Below, in pieces: positions 10,316 to 19,065 of a DNA stretch of 64,000 bases (its first letter is position 1; each line of letters opens with the position of its first letter). This DNA is from an uncultured Spirochaetota bacterium (GTDB lineage Bacteria; Spirochaetota; Brevinematia; Brevinematales; JAOACQ01): NCBI GenBank assembly GCA_963768055.1, contig CAVYGN010000002.1, forward strand, positions 320,001-384,000. Direction: 5' to 3'. The notes beneath the pieces were generated by a model. The model was not told the origin of the DNA. It did not search any database and saw only the letters and a list, made by a program, of their open reading frames with translations. A program made the position numbers and the translations under genes.

Positions 10316-10368
10316 AAAAGCGGAAAACCAGATCGGTGAAAAGCGGAAAATTTAAACCGGTGTTAACA
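10316..10368. mobile_element. orphan IS21-like terminus
   Basis: Tandem AAAAGCGGAAAA...CGGTG subterminal repeats ending in ...GTTAACA (CA end). Confidence 0.4.
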
Positions 10369-10540
10369 TCAAGGATTACAATGAAAACAGGCCACATAGC
10401 AGGAAATATTGTTATGGGAAAACTCCAATGCAGACTTTTATCGATTCGATCCCTCTGGCCAAGGAAAAAATGATCGGATATGAGAATGTCGTTGGGGGGT
10501 AGAAATGGGTTGTTTGTCAGATGAAGTTCTGGCTAGTACA
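10369..10540 (+). pseudogene. IS481-family transposase 3' remnant with right end
   Basis: Translates ...DYNENRPHSRKYCYGKTPMQTFIDSIPLAKEKMIG...*; ends TGTCAGATGAAGTTCTGGCTAGTACA. Confidence 0.7.
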
Positions 10541-10633
10541 AATAACATTACTGATCACACTGAAATCTTATATTTATATTTCCTTTAATCCCCTTATTAT
10601 ATAGTATATTCTTGTAACTATTTTGAAGCTTCA

Positions 10634-11310
10634 TCATTCAAAATATTTGAACTCATTAACCAATAAATTATATATTTCTTCTTTAACTATTTTCATTTGT
10701 TCAGATATCTCTTTAAACATTGAAATTAAATCATGGCAGCCATTGATTTCTGCATACTTTTTTATTTGAATTAAACCCGAATCTTTAGTTAAAAAATCAG
10801 GATAGTTAAAATATTTAAAGTATGGTTCATTTTGTAGTCCAATGTTACGTAATATATCACCTTTGCAGTAGTTAATATTCCATTCTTTATATAATATTTT
10901 AATAGTATTAACGAGGTTAATAGCTTGAGATGGAGTTTCCACAATAAAATTATCTAATTCTTTCATCCAAAAGGAATCAGGATTATTGGTACTCAGCGGA
11001 TTATTGACAAAGACTTCTGGAGCTCCATCTACAGGATTATCTTTTTCAAATTTAGTTACAACACATCCATTTTCAGCCAAACCAAAGGCAAAGCATAATG
11101 AATAAAAATATGCTTCTAAATGTTGAAAAATTTCTGGTTGCCAGATATCAAATTGATTTGCCCAAATGGGATATTTCCCATTCAAGGCTTTTGTTATTGC
11201 AAACCAAGAAAATATTTTCTTTGCGGAAATAAAATTATATGCCGAATATCCTTTTTGATCGGGAGTTAAATTAGTACATCTTGATTTATTCATATCAAGA
11301 AAAGCTGTAT
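10634..11310 (-). pseudogene. Type IIG-like R-M gene, 3' segment (putative target-recognition region)
   Basis: Rejoins the middle segment in frame (...VWFRI|DTAFLDMNKSRC...) when the IS3 and one CTAT are removed. Confidence 0.8.
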
Positions 11311-11346
11311 CTATCGGTTTTTGTCAAGGGAGTTGTCGCTTTTATT

Positions 11347-12375
11347 TTACGCCGCAACCAACGATTCCTTGTTAGTCTTACTCGGGTTTAAAAATACCGA
11401 TTCTATCCGTTCCCATTTTTTAGATTCTCCTGACCATCTTTCAGGATGTCTGCTTTTTGCAGCCGCATAAGTTTCCGCTCTCTTCAGGAGTATCGCCTTA
11501 TCTTTACCTTCATGTCTCTGTGCTGGTGTGACATATCCGATCCCTGAATGAAGATGTTTATTATTATACCAGTCTACAAAATTTTGCATCCATATTTCTA
11601 CCGATTCCATTGTCTCGAAATTGCCTGGGTATTTCACATTATATTTCAATGTTTTAAACAATGATTCTGAGTAAGGGTTATCGTTACTTACACTCGGCCT
11701 TGAAAACGACGGCATAACCTGTAACCTCTGCAAGGTCGCTAACATCGTAGCCCCTTTCATAGGAGAACCATTATCAGAATGTAAATACAAGCCTTTCAAA
11801 TCAATGGTTTCTCCGATCTCTGCCACCATTCTTGCGGCATGATCAGAGCTTTCCTCCTCGTGCATTTTCCAGCCGACTATCTTACGGCTCCAGACATCTT
11901 CGATCATATAGAGGTAGAAATACTTACCTTTTATATGACTGGATATATATGTAATATCCCAACTCCATACCTGATTAGGACCCGTCGCTTCCAGTTCTCT
12001 TGGCGTTTTCCTTGCCGTTTTCGGCTTCGTTTCGTATCTATGGTGCAGCAAATCATTGTCCTTTAAAACGCGGTAAAAAGATGATTCTGATGCTATATAC
12101 CGACCTTCCTCTGCCAGCATGGGCACTATTTCATTCGGCGTCATATCTCTAAATCTCTCGCTGCAACAGCAGGAGATGATCTCCTCCCTTTCTTCGGCCG
12201 ACAGGGCATTTGAAGGCATTACATTTCTCAATTTTCTTCTGTCTCCCTCAAGATTTTTATTCCAGCGCTGTATGGTCCTTATATCATAGCCAGATTCTTC
12301 ACAAGCCTTATCCCTGCTGGCCCCTGTCGTAACAGCCTCATTAATCAAGGCACAGATATCTATGCGTATATCCAA
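11347..12375 (-). CDS. IS3-family transposase OrfB (DDE integrase core)
   Basis: WSWDITY, HSDNGS, DNPYSESLFKTLK motifs. Confidence 0.95.
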   Translation of the reverse strand: MDIRIDICALINEAVTTGASRDKACEESGYDIRTIQRWNKNLEGDRRKLRNVMPSNALSAEEREEIISCCCSERFRDMTPNEIVPMLAEEGRYIASESSFYRVLKDNDLLHHRYETKPKTARKTPRELEATGPNQVWSWDITYISSHIKGKYFYLYMIEDVWSRKIVGWKMHEEESSDHAARMVAEIGETIDLKGLYLHSDNGSPMKGATMLATLQRLQVMPSFSRPSVSNDNPYSESLFKTLKYNVKYPGNFETMESVEIWMQNFVDWYNNKHLHSGIGYVTPAQRHEGKDKAILLKRAETYAAAKSRHPERWSGESKKWERIESVFLNPSKTNKESLVAA

Positions 12376-12380
12376 TGGAG

Positions 12381-12863
12381 TTAATCTTCCTCGATCCCGA
12401 ACAGCTTGTTCAGTTTTTTTTTAAGCACCAGCAGAGAAGTAACCTCGGCTATAGTTTTATCCTTACGGTTAATTTCTTTTTCTAACTCTATGATTTTTGC
12501 TTTCAAACCCTTGTTTTCTTCTCTGTATGAGTTATTAGATATCACTGATAAACACTCCTGTTTCCAGAGTTCGATATGAGTCGACTGGAGACCATTTTTT
12601 CTCAACCACTGTCCTAACTCTTCTCCCGATTGGCTTGCTGCGTCTACTACCGCCTGATATTTATCAGATAATTTCCAGCCTCTCGGGCTTCTATCCTGGA
12701 ATCCTCTGGATACATTATTCTGGATCATTTTCCTCCAGTTGTAAAGGGTTTGTTCACATACTCCTATTTCCTGGCTCAGTTCAGATACTGTTTTTCCTCC
12801 TGGCATACACATCTTTTGAACGATAGATTTCCTGAATTCCTCTGAACGAATTTGACTATTCAT
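12381..12863 (-). CDS. IS3-family transposase OrfA (HTH)
   Basis: HTH VSELSQEIGVCEQTLYNW; coiled coil; A9 slippery run near the 3' end. Confidence 0.9.
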   Translation of the reverse strand: MNSQIRSEEFRKSIVQKMCMPGGKTVSELSQEIGVCEQTLYNWRKMIQNNVSRGFQDRSPRGWKLSDKYQAVVDAASQSGEELGQWLRKNGLQSTHIELWKQECLSVISNNSYREENKGLKAKIIELEKEINRKDKTIAEVTSLLVLKKKLNKLFGIEED

Positions 12864-12910
12864 TTTTTGTCTCCTAATATTTTAGGCGACAACTATCCTA
12901 ACACACGGGG

Positions 12911-14117
12911 CTATCCTGAACCAAACAGAATTAATATTATTTATTGAAAATCTTATATTATCTCTTGGATTAATTCTTACAGGTGTACCATCTTCCATTC
13001 CTCCAATAAAATTAGAATTCGTTACCCCATATGTTTTCTTATTATTTCTCCTTTCATCTTTTAACGGTAAACCGCCATAAATCTGTTTGGAATCAATTTC
13101 TTGTTTTGTAGGGTCTCTTTTAAAATCATACATCGCCTGTTTAGACCATATTTTTATAGATGTTCTATTTTGTGAAAAATTAATTATTTTAGATTGTTTT
13201 ATGACTTTTAATATTATTTTGTTAAGTTCTTCGAGTGATAAACCCCAGTTAATTGATAACTCTTTAGCCTCTACATTTGAATAATCATTAATTTTGATGA
13301 TATTACTATTTCCTTTTTCATTAAAATTATAACTCCAAATTGTAAATGAAACCGGGAAATTACCAATATTTTTAAAAAATCCATTGCCATTTACAATAAA
13401 CCCTTTTTCATATTTAAAATGCTTATCAAAAACTTCTCTAAATGCTTTATACGAAGGCCTTGGTATCAACCATGAAGTTGCAGTAAATATTAATAAAATT
13501 GGATTCAAACCCGGATGCTTCTCTAAATATAATTTTGACAGATTTAAAATTTGAGCCAAAAAAGCAGTATATCTTTCATTTCCCGCATCGTTACCTGTAA
13601 GTTCAATTATAGATGGATCTACTTTATAATTTGAATTAGCATTTATTCTTATATTAATATTCTCATCAGTATTTTTATAAGGTGGATTTAACAGGAATGC
13701 CAAAGGCTTATCGAAAGATAAATTTTTTTCTTTCAACTCATTTTCTAAAATTTGAAGATATTCATTTGCGGTTTTATCAATAAAATTCAACCCTTTATTT
13801 TCTGATGTCTTTGGTATTATAGTAAACCCTGCTTGAATATCATCCGGATCATTTTTCATTCTTCTTTCAATCGTTTTTAATAAATCCGGCTGCAATTCAG
13901 AAACTATTTTATGTTTTAAATGTCCTCTCCAGCTTGTTACTAAATTCCCTGATCCGCCTGCAGGATCAAATACTATATATTTGTCTGATAATTTGGTTTC
14001 GTAATAATGATGGACAAACCACAATGCGAATTTGCTTAAATTAATATTTGTAAAAAAAATTCCATTCTGTCTTACGTAATCAGGATTTATTCTATTAATA
14101 ACTTCATCAAATCTACT
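12911..14117 (-). pseudogene. Type IIG-like R-M gene, middle segment (amino-methyltransferase)
   Basis: Motif X GIFFT, motif I VFDPAGGSGNL, motif IV LNPPY (gamma-class order). Confidence 0.85.
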
Positions 14118-14164
14118 AAAATAATGGGAATTACATACTTGACTACCTAATATGAATATTTTGG

Positions 14165-14224
14165 GTTTGTTTGATAATTTTATTAGAGTAAATTAAAAAT
14201 AAGAAAATAAACTCTTTTATATTT
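14165..14224 (+). repeat. block A, 60-bp plus-strand promoter/leader, copy 1
   Basis: Identical to 14630-14689. Confidence 0.9.
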
Positions 14225-14248
14225 ATTAATAAAATAAAGGAATTACTT

Positions 14249-14425
14249 ATGTCTATTAAAAAATTCAAAGAAGGAAAATTAATTAAAGAATATAGCATTC
14301 CTAATAAACGATTAGAATCTATAATTAAAATTTTAGATGAAAATAAAATCAATGTTCTGATGTATAATTGCGATCCTCAAATGAATACGGCAGACCTTAG
14401 AATAGAATTTTTAGAAGAAAATTAA
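14249..14425 (+). CDS. 58-aa hypothetical passenger (pair 1, plus partner; not in ORF track)
   Basis: AAAGGA RBS; MSIKKFKEGKLIKEYSIPNKRLESIIKILDENKINVLMYNCDPQMNTADLRIEFLEEN*; stop overlaps partner stop in TTAA. Confidence 0.6.
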   Translation: MSIKKFKEGKLIKEYSIPNKRLESIIKILDENKINVLMYNCDPQMNTADLRIEFLEEN

Positions 14426-14571
14426 ATCTGTCCTGAACCGCCGCATTTTGGGCATGCTTTTCTTTTGTCGCCACCACAAGAATGACATTCTTTCCCATTA
14501 ATTTTCCCGGTTCCATGACAAACAGGGCAGATAATTGTTTTTGCTCCGTGACAAGTTGGACACATAGCCAT
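14422..14571 (-). CDS. 49-aa DnaJ-type cysteine-rich zinc-finger mini-protein (pair 1, minus partner; not in ORF track)
   Basis: MAMCPTCHGAKTIICPVCHGTGKINGKECHSCGGDKRKACPKCGGSGQI*: four CxxCxG repeats; GGAGG RBS; TTGACA-16-TACACT promoter. Confidence 0.85.
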   Translation of the reverse strand: MAMCPTCHGAKTIICPVCHGTGKINGKECHSCGGDKRKACPKCGGSGQI

Positions 14572-14635
14572 TTTATTCCTCCGCAATAATTAATAGTTAA
14601 GTGTAGTTCGTTTTCGTAAATTGTCAATAGTTTGT
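14564..14635 (-). repeat. block B, 72-bp minus-strand promoter + RBS + start, copy 1
   Basis: Identical to 16814-16885; contains -35 TTGACA (14622-14627), -10 TACACT (14600-14605), GGAGG and ATGGCTAT. Confidence 0.9.
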
Positions 14636-14689
14636 TTGATAATTTTATTAGAGTAAATTAAAAATAAGAAAATAAACTCTTTTATATTT
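14630..14689 (+). repeat. block A, copy 2
   Basis: Identical to 14165-14224; overlaps block B by GTTTGT. Confidence 0.9.
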
Positions 14690-14715
14690 TTAAATAATAT
14701 AAAGGAGTGTATATT

Positions 14716-14889
14716 ATGTTAAACTTTAAAATCGGTGATTCTGTAATGTTAAAATCAGGGGGAGTTACAAGAACAGTCATTAAAATATTGAAAAATGGGT
14801 TTATAAAATGTTCTTATTTAAACCCCAATAAAAGATTCTTTAAAAAAATGATTAATGTTTTTAATCCTTTGGTACTTACTAAAGTTTAA
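14716..14889 (+). CDS. YodC/DUF2158-like small protein (pair 2, plus partner, 57 aa, basic)
   Basis: FKIGDSVMLKSGG...C...F motif; AAGGAG RBS. Confidence 0.8.
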   Translation: MLNFKIGDSVMLKSGGVTRTVIKILKNGFIKCSYLNPNKRFFKKMINVFNPLVLTKV

Positions 14890-14894
14890 TTAAA

Positions 14895-15095
14895 TTAATC
14901 TTTTACCAATTCTATCACATTTGGATTAAAAGTAGCAAATATTGGTTTCTTTGTTGATTCATCTTCTCTTGTACATCTTATATCACCAATATGTACAGCA
15001 AATAGTGGATTATTTTCTGTTACAATGGAATGAACTACCCATTTAGACCCACCACTTTTCATTTTAACAATATCTCCAATATTAAACGTATCCAT
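14895..15095 (-). CDS. YodC/DUF2158-like small protein (pair 2, minus partner, 66 aa)
   Basis: FNIGDIVKMKSGG...C...FNPNVIELV; own TTGACA-18-TACGCT promoter (15147-15152, 15123-15128). Confidence 0.8.
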   Translation of the reverse strand: MDTFNIGDIVKMKSGGSKWVVHSIVTENNPLFAVHIGDIRCTREDESTKKPIFATFNPNVIELVKD

Positions 15096-15293
15096 TTTAT
15101 TCTTCCCAATAGTTATTGGTTAAGCGTACCATTTATTTAATAAAATTGTCAATATTACGAATACACAAATCAAAAAAATTGATTTAAAATTATTCTTATC
15201 TTATTGTAATCAAAGGAGTTCTGCGCCTATACCCCTCATTTTATAAAGTAGTCAAAATATGTTATAATATATGTGCTGAAAGGGAGAAAAGGC

Positions 15294-16215
15294 ATGAAAA
15301 ACACGGCGATCAGCACGTATGAGTTTTTGAAAAGTTTTCCCGATGAAAAGTCTGCGAGGATTTATTTAGAGAAGGAACGCTGGAATGGTAAAATAACTTG
15401 TCCTTTCTGTGGAAATAAAGATCGTATTCAGGTAAGGAAAGAAGAAGGCTATTTTCGTTGTTTGGCTTGCAAAAAGGATTTCACTGTCCGTACAGGGACT
15501 ATTTTTGAAAGGTCTCATGTTCCTCTTGATAAATGGCTTTACGCAATGTACCTTGTCGTAACCGACCGTAAAGGAATTTCATCATTGGAACTATCAAAGG
15601 TTATTGGGATTACTCAAAAGTCAGCCTGGTTTTTATTACAGCGTTTACATGAAGCATGCAAAGGCGAGAACACTATCCTTTCCGGCATAATCGAAGCCGA
15701 TGAAACGTATATCGGCGGCAAAGAGAAAAACAAACATTCTAATAAAAAAGCGAGAGCCGGACGTGGTGCAGTTGGAAAGACGGCAGTATTAGGCATGAAA
15801 GAAAGGAATGGAGACGTAAAAGCAATTGCAATTCCTAATACGGAAGCTTCGACTATTCAAGATATTATCAGAGAAACAGTCGTTCCAGGTTCAATGCTTT
15901 TTACAGATGAACATCGGTCGTATAATGGTATGACGGAATATACACATCTTTCAGTCAATCATAGTGCGAAGGAATTTGTAAACGGCATGGCTCACACAAA
16001 CGGTATTGAAAGCGTATGGGCTGTGTTGAAGCGTGGATATTACGGCACATTCCATCATTTTTCAGTCAAGCATCTTCAAAGATATGTTGACGAGTTTTCA
16101 TTTCAGGTTGAATGAAGGCAAATGTAAGATTAAATCTATAGATCGTATTAATGCTTTATTCACTAAAACTGTCGGTGTTCACATGACGTATAAAGAATTG
16201 AAGGATATACATTAA
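15294..16215 (+). pseudogene. IS1595-family transposase with a +1 frameshift near the 3' end (~16101-16104)
   Basis: Zn ribbon CPFCG...CLAC, HTH, EADETY/FTDE/TNGIES DDE residues; the EFSF|RLNEG...MTYKEL tail continues in another frame to stop 16215. Confidence 0.9.
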
Positions 16216-16219
16216 TTCT

Positions 16220-16252
16220 AACTCCTTTATATTTAGTAATAATAAAGGAGTT
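16220..16252 (+). promoter_or_regulatory. RBS-sequestering hairpin
   Basis: Perfect 11-bp stem AACTCCTTTAT/ATAAAGGAGTT containing the AAGGAG of the 16258 ORF. Confidence 0.7.
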
Positions 16253-16257
16253 TATCT

Positions 16258-16482
16258 ATGCGAAAATGTAGAATTGTAAAAAATTTAGACAATCAGAAAT
16301 TTTATCCAGAAGTGTTTACAGATTATTTTGGTTATGATGACTGGCTAAATTTTGAAGATGAAAAACAAGGTTCAGGGTCAATAGCATCATTTGACACTCT
16401 TAAAGAAGCAGAAGATTTTTGTAATAAATTTATTAAGCATTCTCAAGCAGATAAAATAGAATCTCAAAAAGAATTAAACTAA
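16258..16482 (+). CDS. 74-aa hypothetical passenger (pair 3, plus partner)
   Basis: Strong RBS; SFDTLKEAEDFC motif; 9-nt overlap with convergent partner. Confidence 0.7.
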   Translation: MRKCRIVKNLDNQKFYPEVFTDYFGYDDWLNFEDEKQGSGSIASFDTLKEAEDFCNKFIKHSQADKIESQKELN

Positions 16483-16821
16483 TTTTTTAGGGACATCATA
16501 ATCATTATCAAGTTCTGTCGAGGCTTTTGCAAGATCAAAATAATCACTTAAATGGTTTATTAACATTTCAATAAATCTTCCATGATAAACACCATAAGTT
16601 TCTCTTTCTAATTCCTCATCTTTTCTTTTTAGAATTCCAAAATTTATTTGTTTATCAAGTAAATACGGTTTTAACCATGCTTTATTTTCCCAATTATCAG
16701 CGATATGTGTAAAATCACCAGCCTTGTCTGGTTTCCATGTTCTTATTTTGTTACTTTCAATAAGTTCATTGATTTTTTCTAAAAAACCTCTTGGATTATT
16801 TGTCTGGATATAAATAGCCAT
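16474..16821 (-). CDS. 115-aa hypothetical passenger (pair 3, minus partner)
   Basis: Starts MAIYIQT inside block B; TW...GDFTH...W..KAW and YGVYHGRFIEML segments. Confidence 0.8.
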   Translation of the reverse strand: MAIYIQTNNPRGFLEKINELIESNKIRTWKPDKAGDFTHIADNWENKAWLKPYLLDKQINFGILKRKDEELERETYGVYHGRFIEMLINHLSDYFDLAKASTELDNDYDVPKKLV

Positions 16822-16885
16822 TTTATTCCTCCGCAATAATTAATAGTTAAGTGTAGTTCGTTTTCGTAAATTGTCAATAGTTTGT
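16814..16885 (-). repeat. block B, copy 2
   Basis: Identical to 14564-14635. Confidence 0.9.
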
Positions 16886-16937
16886 ATTCTAAAGTTTTTG
16901 TTATATAATATTGGAAATAGGATAATGGAGGCAAAAT

Positions 16938-17432
16938 ATGTTTTGTCCTAAATGTGGAAAAGAAAACGTTGACACGGCGGCTTTCTGTATCGCTTGTGGA
17001 AACAAAATTAGCCAAGACAATTCTACTGTTCAAGAGAAGGTTGAAGTCCAGGAGAAACCTACTAAGGTAAAATTACCAGGATTAATTCTCGCATTTGTTT
17101 TGGGACTAATCGCATTTTTAACACAAATAATAAGTATAATATTCCTTGTAATTATGGAAAATTGGAAAGTAATTTCATTTACTAATACAATTAAAGAGGC
17201 AGTGAATAATAGTTTATTGATATTTGGGGTTATATTGGTAATATTAGCCATTATAGTAATTGTTTTTAGTATCATTGGTCTGGTTTTGGGTAGTAAAGCA
17301 TTAAAAACTTTTAAATTGAATCCAACACAATATCAAGGTAAGGGTTATGCAACGGCGGGAAAAGTTTTTTGTATTCTTAGTCTTGCAATATATATTATTC
17401 CAATAATTATTCTTATTTGGTTATTATTTTAA
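16938..17432 (+). CDS. zinc-ribbon membrane protein (DUF4190-like C-terminus)
   Basis: CPKCG...CIACG; three hydrophobic helices; LGSKALK...GKGYATAG motif. Confidence 0.75.
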   Translation: MFCPKCGKENVDTAAFCIACGNKISQDNSTVQEKVEVQEKPTKVKLPGLILAFVLGLIAFLTQIISIIFLVIMENWKVISFTNTIKEAVNNSLLIFGVILVILAIIVIVFSIIGLVLGSKALKTFKLNPTQYQGKGYATAGKVFCILSLAIYIIPIIILIWLLF

Positions 17433-17472
17433 TCGGACATATTTACAGACAATAAATAAGAAGGTTAAATAA

Positions 17473-17598
17473 ATGAAGAAACAAATTAAACCAAAAGAAA
17501 GTAAGAATAAAGGCAAGAAATATGAAAAGCCGTTATCACTCTATTCAATAGGAATGAAGAAGGTTTTAAATATAGTGCTAAAGAAGAATAAAGCTTGA
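17473..17598 (+). CDS. 41-aa lysine-rich small ORF (not in ORF track)
   Basis: AAGG RBS; MKKQIKPKESKNKGKKYEKPLSLYSIGMKKVLNIVLKKNKA*. Confidence 0.5.
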   Translation: MKKQIKPKESKNKGKKYEKPLSLYSIGMKKVLNIVLKKNKA

Positions 17599-17637
17599 TT
17601 CCTCTTTATATTTAGGTAAAAACCGGAGGATTCAATT

Positions 17638-18255
17638 ATGAATACTTTTGAAGCATTTCAAATAACATTATTTTTAATTCCAGGATTTCTATCATCAATT
17701 ATATTAAATGCACTTATTGTCCAAAAGGAGAAAAATAAATTTAATCTTATTATTGAAGCTTTGATTTTTTCATTGTTTATATATCTTCCATTAGCTATTT
17801 TAAATCAAAGTAATCCATTAATAATAGATTCCCAATTTAAGATAAGTTATAATGCGGTATCAATGATTTTTCTTGTTATTTTTAGTTTGATTTATCCTAT
17901 GGTTTTATCTTTTCTAATTAATAATGATGAGTTATTAAAATTTGCCAGAAAAATTCATATAACTAAAAGAACTTCAAGAGAATCTGTATGGTATGATGTA
18001 TTTTATGATCATAATAATTTGATTGTCGTAAATTTTTTAGATGGACGAAGGCTTTGTGGATATCCATTACATTATTCTGATAATCCAGAACATCCCTATT
18101 TATATCTAAAAAAACCTGCTTGGATTACTACAAATGAAAATAAAGAACTAAAATATTTAGGAATCGATCAAGATGATGGTATATTGATAACTCCAGAACA
18201 AAAAATAACCTATATTGAATTTTTAAATATACCAAAAGAAAAACTGATAGGGTAA
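17638..18255 (+). CDS. DUF6338-like membrane protein (pair 4, plus partner)
   Basis: LIPGF N-terminal TM motif, three TMs, then SVWYDVF...DGRRLCG...YL Sm-like soluble region. Confidence 0.7.
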   Translation: MNTFEAFQITLFLIPGFLSSIILNALIVQKEKNKFNLIIEALIFSLFIYLPLAILNQSNPLIIDSQFKISYNAVSMIFLVIFSLIYPMVLSFLINNDELLKFARKIHITKRTSRESVWYDVFYDHNNLIVVNFLDGRRLCGYPLHYSDNPEHPYLYLKKPAWITTNENKELKYLGIDQDDGILITPEQKITYIEFLNIPKEKLIG

Positions 18256-18256
18256 A

Positions 18257-18490
18257 TTAATTATCTTTTTTAGTTGTTTCAGTTGATGTTGTTGTAACGA
18301 TAGGAGCCGCAATTGGTGGAGTTAAATTATTATAAAATTCCGTTGCATTTAATTTATTAAATAATGCTTCAGGATTTTTTGATAAATTATTATCTATTGA
18401 AGCAGTCTTTGATTTTTTGGCGATATTCTCTAAATCGTTTTTAGATTCTTTGAGATATTTTATTAAATCTTCTGGTTTATTATCAGGCAT
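18257..18490 (-). CDS. 77-aa hypothetical passenger with Thr-rich tail (pair 4, minus partner)
   Basis: GGGAG RBS; own TTGACA-18-TACACT promoter (18531-18536, 18507-18512). Confidence 0.7.
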   Translation of the reverse strand: MPDNKPEDLIKYLKESKNDLENIAKKSKTASIDNNLSKNPEALFNKLNATEFYNNLTPPIAAPIVTTTSTETTKKDN

Positions 18491-18536
18491 ATTAAACTCC
18501 CGAAATAGTGTATCATATTTATATTTGTGATGTCAA

Positions 18537-18586
18537 ATGAAATTAAAAGGCAAAGATGATGTTAGGTAGTTAAGTATGTAATTCCC
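18537..18586. repeat. internal copy of the transposon right end
   Basis: 48/50 identical to 19111-19160, includes a TIR with one mismatch (18562-18586). Confidence 0.9.
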
Positions 18587-18677
18587 ATTTGTAAATAATA
18601 TAAAGGAGTATGTATTATGAAAAATTCTATGGTTTCAGTCATAACGACTGATCATGATTTTTTAATGGAGGAATATC

Positions 18678-18848
18678 ATGGCAACAACTTTTAAAAAGGG
18701 TGATAAAGCTAAACTTAATTCTGGAAGTCCTGTTTATACTATAACACGAATTAGAAAAGATGGACTTGTTGATTATTATTGGATTGGTAATGATGGGAAA
18801 AAACAAAAAAGTTTTGCTCCGTCTGCTTGTTTAACTAAGATTGAGTAA
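18678..18848 (+). CDS. YodC/DUF2158-like small protein (pair 5, plus partner, 56 aa, basic; not in ORF track)
   Basis: MATTFKKGDKAKLNSGSPVYTITRIRKDGLVDYYWIGNDGKKQKSFAPSACLTKIE*; GGAGG RBS; preceded by a 25-aa ORF at 18617-18694. Confidence 0.8.
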   Translation: MATTFKKGDKAKLNSGSPVYTITRIRKDGLVDYYWIGNDGKKQKSFAPSACLTKIE

Positions 18849-19065
18849 CAAGCATTACTTCTTCTGGTCCATAAAAATTTAATTCATCTTTATTGGAAGA
18901 AGAATCATACCATTTACAAATTAAATCTCCATGAGAACGGTGTCTTAATAAAGCTTGCATGTTATAAGGTCCTTCATTGGTTCCATCATAGATACAGACA
19001 ATAACCATGTCAGGACCACCACTTTTTAATCTAACAACATCACCGACTTTAAATTTTTCAGCCAT
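18835..19065 (-). CDS. YodC/DUF2158 family protein (pair 5, minus partner, 76 aa)
   Basis: FKVGDVVRLKSGGPDMVI...CKWYD canonical signature; AGGAGG RBS; extended -10 TGcTACAAT. Confidence 0.9.
   Translation of the reverse strand: MAEKFKVGDVVRLKSGGPDMVIVCIYDGTNEGPYNMQALLRHRSHGDLICKWYDSSSNKDELNFYGPEEVMLVTQS

Larger units (their letters stand above)
11315..12910 (-). mobile_element. IS3-family insertion sequence, copy 1 (1596 bp), 4-bp TSD CTAT
   Basis: CTAT at 11311-11314 and 12911-12914; same ends and ORF translations as copy 2. Confidence 0.95.

Noticed and set aside
14397..14627. ORF-track 76-aa ORF and the similar 16779-17033 ORF (shared TIYENELHLTINYCGGIKWL)
   Set aside because: The shared peptide is the translation of non-coding block B. 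The real genes start at ATG 14571 and 16821 in another frame.
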